In this document: positions 19,931 through 29,700 of the stretch, in pieces | Layout: every line of letters begins with the position of its first letter | How positions within the stretch are numbered: the stretch's first letter is position 1 | Assembly (NCBI GenBank): GCA_949288455.1 | Contig: CASEKF010000036.1 | Span: forward strand, 12,435-76,434 | Length of the DNA stretch: 64,000 nucleotides | Source: an uncultured bacterium | Lineage (GTDB): Bacteria; Vulcanimicrobiota; CADAWZ01 | Direction: 5' to 3' | Notes under the pieces: generated by a model | Database searches by the model: none | The model's input: only the letters and a program-made list of their open reading frames with translations | Told to the model about the DNA's origin: nothing | Program-made: the position numbers and the translations under genes

Positions 19931-20607
19931 AATCGGCGGCTCTTATAACGGCAGGAGGATCCTCGTCCAGATTTGGCTCGGGCCTGAACAAACTTTTTGT
20001 CACAATCAACGGTATGCCGGTAATAATGCATTCTATTAGGCAATTTGATAAAAACGAATTTATAAGTCGAATATTTATCGCGGCACAACAAAATTTAATC
20101 CCTTTAATAAAAAGCTTATGCGCGTCCTGGAAGATAAAGAAAAGCATGTCAATCGTAAACGGCGGCTCTTCCAGACAGCTTTCTGTTTTCAATATGCTAA
20201 AAGAAACTTCAAGCGATATCGAGGCTATATTTGTACATGACGCCGCCAGACCTATGATAAAATCGAAAGACGTAAGTTTTTTGGCGAAAGCTTTAGATAA
20301 TTCGACCGACGGAGTCATTCCCTGTTTCCCGGTGTCGGACGCGGTAAAAAGGACATCCCCCGCAGGCATTATTTTAGAGTCGATACCCAGAGACAATCTA
20401 ATTGTCGTTCAAACGCCTCAGATATTTCGAAGAACGACTCTTTTAAAAGCATACGATCTCGCCTTTACAGATAAATTCCAAGGCCCCGACGAATCCTCGT
20501 TGGTGGAAAGAATAGGCGGAAAGATCAAGGCCGTACGTTTATCTAATCCAAATATCAAATTAACTTATCCAAGAGATCTGGAAATATTACAAAAATTAAT
20601 GTCTTAA
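19927..20607 (+). CDS. ispD: 2-C-methyl-D-erythritol 4-phosphate cytidylyltransferase
   Basis: AALITAGGSSSRFG nucleotide-binding motif. 226 aa. 4-nt overlap with the upstream gene. Confidence 0.85.
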   Translation: MKSAALITAGGSSSRFGSGLNKLFVTINGMPVIMHSIRQFDKNEFISRIFIAAQQNLIPLIKSLCASWKIKKSMSIVNGGSSRQLSVFNMLKETSSDIEAIFVHDAARPMIKSKDVSFLAKALDNSTDGVIPCFPVSDAVKRTSPAGIILESIPRDNLIVVQTPQIFRRTTLLKAYDLAFTDKFQGPDESSLVERIGGKIKAVRLSNPNIKLTYPRDLEILQKLMS

Positions 20608-20619
20608 TGAGGATTCGCT

Positions 20620-20997
20620 ATGGATGACAATGAAATCAGAGAATCTCTCGAATATTTAGACGAAGTTATAAACGAATATACTCGCATGGTTAAAAATATA
20701 GGAAAAAATGGTCTCGCAGCCAGTCTTCTTATGAATTACAGGGACGAGATACACGATCTTTTAACCGAGTTGGCTTATGAAAATATAGACTTAAAAGATT
20801 ATAGAAAAGAACTAATATTGCTCGATAACGAGTTGCGTCAAAAAGCCCAAATATATGTCAACGAAGTCGGGCATGCTAATTTTAAACAGTACCAGATAAT
20901 AAACGATCCGTCTAAAGAAAGATGGTGGTGGTATCTTAACAGAGTCACGACCGGAAGAGATGAAAACAAAAAGAAACCTTGGGAATTTTGGAAATAA
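20620..20997 (+). CDS. Hypothetical protein (125 aa); not IspF
   Basis: ORF with good spacing after ispD. No recognisable family. Confidence 0.35.
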   Translation: MDDNEIRESLEYLDEVINEYTRMVKNIGKNGLAASLLMNYRDEIHDLLTELAYENIDLKDYRKELILLDNELRQKAQIYVNEVGHANFKQYQIINDPSKERWWWYLNRVTTGRDENKKKPWEFWK

Positions 20998-20999
20998 CC

Positions 21000-22421
21000 A
21001 TGAAGTCGCCGTTATTATATATACCGATTTTAATGCCAATAGTATTATCATGCTGCTTACTTTTACAAACAGGCTGCGCAGAGTCGTCGTACGATATATC
21101 TCTCGCCGAACATTCTTTGAACTTAGGAGACGAGCTTGAAGCCATAACTTTAGCCGACGCAGCCGAATCTACCTCGAAGAACCATAAGCGCAAATCCGCT
21201 TTAGCCGCGTTAAAAGCCGTTATACGCGCAAAAAAGGGAGACGATTCAAGAGCGATAGAAGAAATAAGAACGGCCGTTAAATACGACTCTAAAAATCCTG
21301 AAATACGTAAAATGACAGCCGAGGCATATTATTGGCTGCATGATTACGCAAGAGCCTATGGAGAAATTAATAGAAGCCTAGAGTTAGATCCCGAAAATTT
21401 CGAAGCCTACAAACGCAAAATCCAAATACTCGAGAAATTAAAAGGAGTGAAAAAAGCGCTAAAATTTAGCTTAAGCACGCTTAGAGAGCATTCCTTATGC
21501 GCGCACTCTCAAAAAGATATAAATAAACTTTTTCTTATTTCAGCCAATCTTCTTTTAAAAGAACGAGAAAACGAAAAAGCTCTTAAATTATATGACGACA
21601 TTTTAAAATCAGAGCCTGAAAACGACGCGGCTCTTCTTGGAAAAGCGGCCGTTTACTTTAAAGAAGGAAAAACGAAGCAGGCTAAAGATTATATTCTAAA
21701 AGCAAAAAAAGCAAATAAGCGGAACGCAGATTCTTATCTTCTGTCAGCTTTGATATATGAAAAAGAGAATTCCCTCGTAAAAATGAAAGAAGAACTTGAA
21801 CAAGCTTTAAATTTAGTATCGTCAAATATTGGAGTAAATATAGCTTACGGAAAAGTTAAACTGCTGGAAAACGATTTGCAAGAAGCTAAAAAATACATGC
21901 AAGCCGCTCTACGATCCGACGAATCAAACCCGGACGCTTTATTGCTGAAAGCCTATATATACCTTAAGGAAAAACGAAGCGAAAAAGCGGAAAAATTGAT
22001 CGACAAGCTTCGAAAAGAGCATGAAAACCTTCCTGAAGTTAATATCGCCGCCGCAGAAATTCTTTTGCAAAAACAACGGGTAAGCGAAGCGGAGAAATTA
22101 CTGCAAAAAATTCTAACCGCAGATCCTGACTTTATTCCGGCCAATATTTATTTAGCTAAATTAGCGTTAGCGACGAAAGATTTTAAAAAAGCCGATATTT
22201 ATTTATCAAAAGCGCTGGCTTTATCGCCATCAAACGCGTCGGCATTATATTACCAAGCTTGCCTATACGCGGCTGAAAAGAACGAAATTAAAGCGCTCGA
22301 ATCTTTAAAACAAGCCGCCGAATCTGGTTTTTCCGGAAAAGATAAATTATTGAAGGACTACTGTTGGGAGCCATATCTCAAGAATCCGGACTTTATTAAA
22401 ATATCGTCTAAAATAAAATAA
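21000..22421 (+). CDS. TPR-repeat lipoprotein
   Basis: Signal peptide with lipobox LLQTGC. Multiple 34-aa TPR-like repeats (A…Y……A…L). Confidence 0.65.
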   Translation: MKSPLLYIPILMPIVLSCCLLLQTGCAESSYDISLAEHSLNLGDELEAITLADAAESTSKNHKRKSALAALKAVIRAKKGDDSRAIEEIRTAVKYDSKNPEIRKMTAEAYYWLHDYARAYGEINRSLELDPENFEAYKRKIQILEKLKGVKKALKFSLSTLREHSLCAHSQKDINKLFLISANLLLKERENEKALKLYDDILKSEPENDAALLGKAAVYFKEGKTKQAKDYILKAKKANKRNADSYLLSALIYEKENSLVKMKEELEQALNLVSSNIGVNIAYGKVKLLENDLQEAKKYMQAALRSDESNPDALLLKAYIYLKEKRSEKAEKLIDKLRKEHENLPEVNIAAAEILLQKQRVSEAEKLLQKILTADPDFIPANIYLAKLALATKDFKKADIYLSKALALSPSNASALYYQACLYAAEKNEIKALESLKQAAESGFSGKDKLLKDYCWEPYLKNPDFIKISSKIK

Positions 22422-22437
22422 ACCGTCTCTTCACCAT

Positions 22438-23709
22438 ATGATTCAAAATTTACGGCGTAAACAGACTATAAACGAAATAGCTCTTGGGGGAATTTTATCC
22501 GCAATAACCGCGTTAATAGCTATCCTAGCAAGTATCGCGGGCTATTTAGATATAATTCTATACCTTTCTATCACCCCTATAACGATAGCAACCGTCAAAG
22601 CGGGAATTAAACCGGGAATATTAGTAAGCTTTGCTTCGACCGTCCTAGTAGGCTTAATACTTGGAATTTTTCCGGCTTCCGTCTATTTTGCCGCGTCCGT
22701 AATACTTCCCGGCTTAACGCTGGGAGTCATGTTCCAAAAAAATAAAAAACCTGCCGAAATTATTCTAGCCGCTTCGGCGTCTCTTAGCGTAAGCCTCGCG
22801 TTAACGTTGGCAATAACTTCATACATAACCGGAATTTCTCTCTCCGAAGATATATATTTAGCGGTAAAAACGGTACATTCTGCCTTTTCAGCCGTACTTA
22901 CGGCCTTTCCCGAGTCAATGTACGCGGCGATATCGATCGCAATAGTAGGAGGTATAACAGCAATATTAATAAATAAAAGAATTATATCTATGTCGAATAT
23001 AATTCCGTCGCTAGTCGTTATAGTCCTAGCATCCGCGGCAATGACTTCGGCTATGCTTCATTTTTCTGTATTCAATCTGGAAAAAATTTTGATAAGCGAA
23101 AGAGGATTCGAAGCAATACTGCGATTATTTTACGAAGCTCTTCCATTTTTCATAATAACGGTTGCGGCTGCATACTCTTTTTACTTATGGATTTTTAATT
23201 ATTGGATCCTAACTAAGTTAAAACTCAAGGAAAAACTTGAATTAGGCGTCCAAATATCGAGCGTTCTGGAATATCCTCAATGGTTCGCGCATATAGCCGG
23301 ATGGTCCGGCATCTTGCTGCTCTTCGGATATTTGCTTGGCGTCTCGCCGCAGATTAAATTATTTGGAGATCTTTATATCAACGCTTACTCGGCTTTATTT
23401 ATAAACGTTTTTCTAATTTTTGCTTTTTTATTTTTTATAAAAGGAACGTTTATTTTACGCGATTTTATTTTCGCCAAATTCAAAACGACGTCTTTACGGG
23501 TTTTAGCTTTGTTTTTGCTTATGACCTTATTTTTGCCGGTAACCGTAATAATAGGCTGGCATATGTGTCTTACCGGCTCGAAAGCCGTGCTCGTGTCGGC
23601 AAATTCCCCCAATCCCGCCGTTTCTCCAAATAAAATATCGCTGCGTTTTTATTCATATAAACATTCTGATAAAAGTTTAAAAGCAAAAAAAAGAAAGGAT
23701 AAAAAATGA
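22438..23709 (+). CDS. Polytopic integral membrane protein, unknown function
   Basis: At least 10 hydrophobic helices. Stop overlaps the start of the S46 peptidase gene (ATGA). Confidence 0.5.
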   Translation: MIQNLRRKQTINEIALGGILSAITALIAILASIAGYLDIILYLSITPITIATVKAGIKPGILVSFASTVLVGLILGIFPASVYFAASVILPGLTLGVMFQKNKKPAEIILAASASLSVSLALTLAITSYITGISLSEDIYLAVKTVHSAFSAVLTAFPESMYAAISIAIVGGITAILINKRIISMSNIIPSLVVIVLASAAMTSAMLHFSVFNLEKILISERGFEAILRLFYEALPFFIITVAAAYSFYLWIFNYWILTKLKLKEKLELGVQISSVLEYPQWFAHIAGWSGILLLFGYLLGVSPQIKLFGDLYINAYSALFINVFLIFAFLFFIKGTFILRDFIFAKFKTTSLRVLALFLLMTLFLPVTVIIGWHMCLTGSKAVLVSANSPNPAVSPNKISLRFYSYKHSDKSLKAKKRKDKK

Positions 23710-25766
23710 TAAAAAAAATAACCGCTACTCTAGGCATCGCGGCTTTAACGCTCGGTATTTCGCATGCAGACGAAGGAATGTGGACTTTTGACAATATTCC
23801 TTCAAAACAAATTAAAGCGAAATACGGATTCGAGCCTTCGAAACAATGGCTTGACAACATACGGCTTTCAAGCGTCAGATTCAACGACGGAGGCAGCGGA
23901 GCCTTTATCTCTTCGACCGGCTTAGTAATCACGAATCACCATGTCGCTTCTAAACAGCTGCAAAAAATGTCTTCTTCGGAAAACGACTATTTAAAAAATG
24001 GATTTTACGCCAAAGATCAAGATAAGGAAGCAAAATGCACGGATCTTGAATTAAACGTTTTAGTTAACATGGAAAACGTTACGGATAGAATAGGCAAAGC
24101 TGTAAAAGGACTGCCAAAGACAGAAGCTATAAAAGCTCAAAAAGCTGAAATAGCGGCTATAGAAAAAGAAAATTCAAAAAAAACAGGTTTAAGAAGCGAG
24201 ATAGTGTCGTTATATAACGGAGGAGAATATTGGCTTTACTCTTATAAACAATATAGAGACGTACGGTTAGTTATGGCTCCTGAAAAACAGATAGCTTTTT
24301 ACGGCGGAAGCCATGACAACTTTACTTATCCTAGATACGATCTTGACTTTGCGATTTTTAGAGTCTATGAAAACGGAAAACCTCTTAATTCTAAAAATTA
24401 TATAAAATTCAGCGACGAACGCCCTAAAGAAGGAGAATTGATATTCGTATCGGGACATCCGGGCAAAACTCGAAGGAATATAACTTACAGCCAATATTTA
24501 TTTAACAGAGATTTCATATATCCGGCTAATTTATATAGATACGACAAATGTCTCGAAGCTTTATACGCATATGCGGATACGAGCGAAGAGGCCCGCAGGC
24601 GCTCGGAAACCTTAATTTTCTCCTATGAAAATGGCAAAAAAGCCACGACAGGAGAATTTAAAGGTTTAACGGATCCAACCTTTTCCGCAAATTTCGAGCT
24701 TAAAGAAAAAAATTTTAGGAATATTATTAAAGATCCGGAAATGAAACGAACTACGGAACAAGCTTATGAAAACGTCAACAAAGTTCTGAAAAAATATTCA
24801 AAAAACTATGAACAATTTTATTTCGGTCAGCTGCAAGGCAACAGGCTTCCGTCTATCGCGATGAATATAGCTCGTTACGTAAAAGAGATAAAAAAACCGG
24901 ACTCAGAAAGAAAAAACGGTTTTCATGATTCTCAGCTTGACAGATTCCGCTATATTAACTTATCTAAAGAACCTATATACAAAGATTTAGAAAAAGTTAT
25001 GCTGCAAACTTGGCTTGAAATGTCGTTAGAAAAACTTGGGGAAAACGACGACGCGGTAAAGATATTGCTCGACGGTCAAACTCCCGGCGACAGAGCCGAA
25101 TATTTAATAAGAACAACTAAGCTAAACGACGTTTCAATACGCGAAGAGCTTTTATCCGGAGGCCTCAAAGCTTGCGAAGCCAGCGAAGATCCTCTTATTA
25201 TGCTCGCTCTTAAAATGGAGCCTATAGTGACTCAATATGAAAAATGGGTACAATCCGAATATGAGAGCGCAATGATCCCGGCATTAGAAAAAATAGCGGA
25301 AACTAAATTTTCAATATACGGCAAAAATATATACCCTGACGCCACTTTTACTTTACGAATGGCCTACGGCCCTATATTGCGATATGATATGAACGGGACT
25401 CAAGCTCCTCCTTTCACAACGTTTTACGGGTTATACGACAGGCGCTATTCTTTTAAAAATACTGAAGAGCCGGCCTGGGAACTGCCTAAAACTTATCTGG
25501 AAAAAAAGAATAGTCTAGATCTGTCCGTTCCTTTAAACTTTGTCTACGACGCCGACACTATAGGCGGAAATTCAGGTTCCCCGGTTATAAATACAAAAGG
25601 CGAACTGCTGGGCATAAATTTTGATAGAAATATAGAAGGTCTTATAAGACAATTCGTTTATGACGGAAGATACTCAAGAAGTATAGCCGTAAGCTCCGTC
25701 GCCGTAATAGAATCTTTAAGAAACATCTATGACGCCGAAAAATTAGCTGATGAAATAATGCGGTAA
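23706..25766 (+). CDS. S46-family serine peptidase (dipeptidyl-peptidase 7/11-like), secreted
   Basis: Signal peptide. Chymotrypsin-fold catalytic His in LVITNHHV and catalytic Ser in GGNSGSPV, separated by the long helical insert typical of S46. ~686 aa. Confidence 0.75.
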   Translation: MIKKITATLGIAALTLGISHADEGMWTFDNIPSKQIKAKYGFEPSKQWLDNIRLSSVRFNDGGSGAFISSTGLVITNHHVASKQLQKMSSSENDYLKNGFYAKDQDKEAKCTDLELNVLVNMENVTDRIGKAVKGLPKTEAIKAQKAEIAAIEKENSKKTGLRSEIVSLYNGGEYWLYSYKQYRDVRLVMAPEKQIAFYGGSHDNFTYPRYDLDFAIFRVYENGKPLNSKNYIKFSDERPKEGELIFVSGHPGKTRRNITYSQYLFNRDFIYPANLYRYDKCLEALYAYADTSEEARRRSETLIFSYENGKKATTGEFKGLTDPTFSANFELKEKNFRNIIKDPEMKRTTEQAYENVNKVLKKYSKNYEQFYFGQLQGNRLPSIAMNIARYVKEIKKPDSERKNGFHDSQLDRFRYINLSKEPIYKDLEKVMLQTWLEMSLEKLGENDDAVKILLDGQTPGDRAEYLIRTTKLNDVSIREELLSGGLKACEASEDPLIMLALKMEPIVTQYEKWVQSEYESAMIPALEKIAETKFSIYGKNIYPDATFTLRMAYGPILRYDMNGTQAPPFTTFYGLYDRRYSFKNTEEPAWELPKTYLEKKNSLDLSVPLNFVYDADTIGGNSGSPVINTKGELLGINFDRNIEGLIRQFVYDGRYSRSIAVSSVAVIESLRNIYDAEKLADEIMR

Positions 25767-25801
25767 GCTGTCTAAAAACTAAAATAAAACTATAAAAAGA
25801 A

Positions 25802-25835
25802 CCGGTAGAACTTAAATTATTCTACCGGCTTTTTT
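25802..25835. terminator. Rho-independent terminator after the S46 peptidase gene
   Basis: ccggtagaa-cttaaatta-ttctaccgg followed by a T-run. Confidence 0.6.
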
Positions 25836-25886
25836 ATAGACGCCAAAATTGCTTTAATTTTGGAATTAGAGACTTAAATCATAGCG

Positions 25887-26819
25887 TTAAGACAAATTCA
25901 ATACTTTCTTTGTGATTCCGGACATCCAAACGATATTTTTAAAACCGCCTTCAGCTTTCAAAAAATCAGGGGATAAAATATACTTTCTAGCCTGACATGT
26001 TATTCCTGGAGTCTGAAAGCCTCCTTGAGATACCTCTAAAGCCGATTCAAAACTTAAGCCGCATGGACTTTCTTCGGGATCTTTTCTATCTAAAACATAA
26101 ATTTGTTCTCCATCTCCGGCGCATATGGAAATAGTCTCGGCTAAAGGACTGCAAGGCAACGGAAAAACCGACGCCGAATTCAGACAAATTCTCGAAATAG
26201 TTCCGAAAGTAAGTTCATAAACGGCTTTATTTATTTCCTCCCACTCCCCTGTCGCCGCGTCTATCAAATTATTTATTTCTATCCTTCTGCAAGGCCCGAA
26301 TCTATTTAGAGAAAACATAAGCTCAGCGTCAAAAAAAGTCATTTCGCCACAAGCCCCCATCCTTTCCGGAGTAAGTATGCAAATATGATACATAAAAAGG
26401 CTCTGGCACATTGAACAAGAATAGACGTATTTTTTTTGTGCAACCGACGCTTGAAAACGCGTCTCAAAATTAGACGGTTTGTCTAAAGAAAATTCCGCTC
26501 TGACTCGTATATCTAAACCTCGAAAAAAATTTTTAAGCTTCTTTTCAACTATCGAAGATAAAATTTCTAAAGACAAAGAAGTAGGTATAAACAACTTGCC
26601 GTTGATTTTATCTTCATATATGCCCAAATCAAAATCCGAAAGCAATAGATTAAAAATTTTTCTTCGAATGACATTAGCATAACAAGTATTTAAAATATTA
26701 CAAGATATATGAAATTTTACGGCCGAAGCTTTATGACCATCGCAGGGAGCCAGAGAAGATGATAAATCTCCGCAATCCGCATCGTCTATTGAAACAAGAA
26801 TATAAAAAGGAGAATACAA
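25887..26819 (-). CDS. Hypothetical Cys-rich protein (310 aa)
   Basis: Long ORF with coding-like composition and many Cys (CGD…C, CSMCQ, CAGDG…). No family recognised. Confidence 0.35.
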   Translation of the reverse strand: MYSPFYILVSIDDADCGDLSSSLAPCDGHKASAVKFHISCNILNTCYANVIRRKIFNLLLSDFDLGIYEDKINGKLFIPTSLSLEILSSIVEKKLKNFFRGLDIRVRAEFSLDKPSNFETRFQASVAQKKYVYSCSMCQSLFMYHICILTPERMGACGEMTFFDAELMFSLNRFGPCRRIEINNLIDAATGEWEEINKAVYELTFGTISRICLNSASVFPLPCSPLAETISICAGDGEQIYVLDRKDPEESPCGLSFESALEVSQGGFQTPGITCQARKYILSPDFLKAEGGFKNIVWMSGITKKVLNLS

Positions 26820-26837
26820 ACAAAGCTCCGCAAATAT

Positions 26838-27326
26838 TTATTTAGAAAAAGTCTTTATCATATTTTCAAATACAGGCTCATATTCTTTTATCAATTTGGC
26901 AGTCGTGGAGCAAGTTATCATATAAATAGTCTTTTCCGCAAGAATGCCATATTGATAATTCACAATTTTCCCGTTATTTAAAGAGCTGATTATTAAAAAC
27001 AACGGATATTGCCCTTGTTCGCGCATTTCCGTCTTATTTATCTTAAAACCGCTTAATTTCAGCTGGTTAACGACGTTATCGAGACTAGACTTGAGGTCTG
27101 ATTTGTTAGAGGTTCTCTGACTTGTCAAGCTGATATTGCATTTTTTATCCGAATACAAAACGCTTCCGGGATAAGATAAAGCTTTATCCATTTTAAAATT
27201 TTCAGGCAGCTTGATTTTATATCCGTCGGCTATAATCACCGTTTCCTGAGCGCAAACATCATAAAAGGAATATATAAAAGTTAGAGATAAAATAAATAAG
27301 AAAACTAAGTTTTTATATAAAGACAT
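26838..27326 (-). CDS. Hypothetical secreted protein
   Basis: N-terminal signal peptide (LVFLFILSLTFIYSFYDVCAQ). Confidence 0.4.
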   Translation of the reverse strand: MSLYKNLVFLFILSLTFIYSFYDVCAQETVIIADGYKIKLPENFKMDKALSYPGSVLYSDKKCNISLTSQRTSNKSDLKSSLDNVVNQLKLSGFKINKTEMREQGQYPLFLIISSLNNGKIVNYQYGILAEKTIYMITCSTTAKLIKEYEPVFENMIKTFSK

Positions 27327-27496
27327 TTTTTCTCCTTAAGCGTACATCTTTATTACCAACTAAAGTTAGCACTATGTTATTTCGTTGAACTGCGCTTCTT
27401 TCCTTTTTATTTGACATATTACGACGAAACTGCGACAATAACTTCAACCATACGGCGAGAACCGGACAAAAAATTGAATATGAAAGCTTTTTTGAC

Positions 27497-28195
27497 ATGC
27501 TGATAAAAGATAAATTAAAAATGTCGGCGGATCCGCAATACCGAAATTTTTCTTCAAAGCTCATCCCCGGAGAAACAAAAATTATAGGAATAAGAATTCC
27601 AGTTTTAAGAAAAATAGCGAAGAAAGAAGCCGTCGATATTTCCTCATTTTTCGAGAAAATTACTGACGAATATTTTGAAGAAATCGTTCTACAGGCAATG
27701 GCGATATGTTTTGCCGATTTGGACGAGCGGGAACTTTTTAGACGTATATATGAGTTCCTGCCAAAAATAAATAATTGGGCCGTATGCGATATTTTTGCGG
27801 CCGGACTAAAAAAGGCTGCCTTTTATGAAAAGCATTTTTTTTATTTTTTAAAAGAACTAAGTTCAGATTCAAGAGAATTCTACGTCAGATTCTCGGCTGC
27901 CGCTATTCTGTCTCACTATATAAACGACAAATACATAGATCAAACGCTAAATACTCTAAGTCTTATACGCCATAACGGGTATTATGCAAAAATGGGAACG
28001 GCATGGGCTATAGCATCATGCTTTGCCAAATATCCTGAAGAGACTCTAGCGTATTTAAAAAGCGATCTTATATCTGAAAGCATAAAAAAATTAACTCTCA
28101 AAAAAATTCTTGAATCTAGAAAAGCACAATCAAAATACCTGTCTATAATAAAGACATTAAAAAAGGCGTCATATGAAAATGAAAACCGATCTTGA
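27497..28195 (+). CDS. DNA alkylation repair protein (AlkD/AlkC-like HEAT-repeat fold)
   Basis: Helical repeat protein with the family's NNWAVCD motif. ~230 aa. Confidence 0.6.
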   Translation: MLIKDKLKMSADPQYRNFSSKLIPGETKIIGIRIPVLRKIAKKEAVDISSFFEKITDEYFEEIVLQAMAICFADLDERELFRRIYEFLPKINNWAVCDIFAAGLKKAAFYEKHFFYFLKELSSDSREFYVRFSAAAILSHYINDKYIDQTLNTLSLIRHNGYYAKMGTAWAIASCFAKYPEETLAYLKSDLISESIKKLTLKKILESRKAQSKYLSIIKTLKKASYENENRS

Positions 28196-28844
28196 CTATT
28201 CAAAACAAGAAGTAGAAAATATATACGAATTAGAGCGGACAGACCAAACTGAGTATTTTACTTATAAGAATCAACACGACATTTTTAAAACGCTATGCTC
28301 TATTCAGTTAGCGCTTCTAATTATATCTATAATATGGGGCCTTATAAGAAAAATTTACTGGTGGCAGGATCTGTATTTTAACCTTTCTCTGCTGATATGC
28401 GTTCCGATAGCCGCGGCGTTATGCGCTTGTAATTTTTTATTCTACGCTTTTAGAAATAAACTTTCGTTTATGCATTTAGACTGGATTGTTAACTCTTTGT
28501 ATATTCCAATATTCGGAAGTCTGTCTTGGTTCCAATGCTTTATCGTTTCTATTCTATCTGGTCTATGCGAAGAAGCGTTTTTCAGAGGAATTCTATCGGT
28601 AGAAACAGGCATATATATCTCTTCCCTAATCTTTGGAGCTCTACATCTTGGAGATAAAAAGCTGCTGCCTTCGGCCGTATGGATAACTTTAATAGGATTT
28701 CTTCTTGCCGTATTATATAAAACTACTAATAACCTCTTAATATGCATGCTTATACATTTTTTAAACAACTCGGCAAGCTTCCTATGGATTATGACAATAA
28801 TTAAAAAACAAAAATTGCCAAATAACACAAAACAAGCCGGCTAA
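28173..28844 (+). CDS. CPBP-family intramembrane glutamic endopeptidase (CAAX protease-like)
   Basis: Motifs EEAFFRG, FGALH and HFLNN in a polytopic membrane protein. Overlaps the AlkD-like gene by 23 nt. Confidence 0.75.
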   Translation: MKMKTDLDYSKQEVENIYELERTDQTEYFTYKNQHDIFKTLCSIQLALLIISIIWGLIRKIYWWQDLYFNLSLLICVPIAAALCACNFLFYAFRNKLSFMHLDWIVNSLYIPIFGSLSWFQCFIVSILSGLCEEAFFRGILSVETGIYISSLIFGALHLGDKKLLPSAVWITLIGFLLAVLYKTTNNLLICMLIHFLNNSASFLWIMTIIKKQKLPNNTKQAG

Positions 28845-29126
28845 CAGATTATATTCGATATAAAAATCTGCGATATTCAACGTCGCTCATAAAATCTCGA
28901 CTAAACAAAAAGAGCAGAACTAAACTGAGAGAAGGATTTTTTATTAAAAGCTTGAAGTAAGTTTTATAGATTTTTCATATCTACATTAATAAGTAAAAAA
29001 ATACGAATAGAAAGCAAACGGATATTATTAAAAAAATAACTTTAATCGGCTTTGTATCTCGCTACACTTAAATACTTTTAACTTATTTAACTTTTACGGT
29101 TCCATATTAGGAGGTCTTTTAGAATT

Positions 29127-29606
29127 ATGATAAAGTGCCATGCATGTGCTTGTGAGAATCAAGACGGATCAGCCTACTGCGAAGATTGCGGAGCTAAATT
29201 ATTTTCTCAAGCGTCAAAACCCTCCGAAAGTTCTTTAATTTCTCCGGGCAAAAGTATGGATCCGCCTTCGCCTACGCATAATCATGGACTATTGGCGCAA
29301 TTGACGATAGAAGGAGTAGTTTTCCCTTTGCCAAGAAATTCAAACAGCATAGGAAGAAGAAGTCCTGCAGACGGCGTATATCCTGACGTGGATCTTACCG
29401 ATTTTGATCAAGACTCATATATATCCAGGAGGCATGCTCAAATACTTAAGGAAGCTTCCGCTTACTATTTTGAAGATCTGGGAAGCGCAAACGGAAGTTA
29501 CGTAAACGGCGAATTAATGATGAAAGGCGCCAAACAGCTTTTAAAAGACGGGGATTTAATAAAATTAGGCAAGACTGAAGTTATTTTTTCATTTAGAAAA
29601 AAATAA
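29127..29606 (+). CDS. FHA-domain protein with N-terminal zinc ribbon
   Basis: CHACACEN…CEDCG zinc ribbon. C-terminal FHA core (GR…D…L.D……SRRHA.I………EDLGSANGSYVNG). Confidence 0.7.
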   Translation: MIKCHACACENQDGSAYCEDCGAKLFSQASKPSESSLISPGKSMDPPSPTHNHGLLAQLTIEGVVFPLPRNSNSIGRRSPADGVYPDVDLTDFDQDSYISRRHAQILKEASAYYFEDLGSANGSYVNGELMMKGAKQLLKDGDLIKLGKTEVIFSFRKK

Positions 29607-29700
29607 ATCAAATAAATATTTAAGCGGTATACTCAACATGAGCTATGCCGCAATTTTTTTCTAGTTTGACAGTAGATTTTTCTACTCAGGAGGTTTTCAT

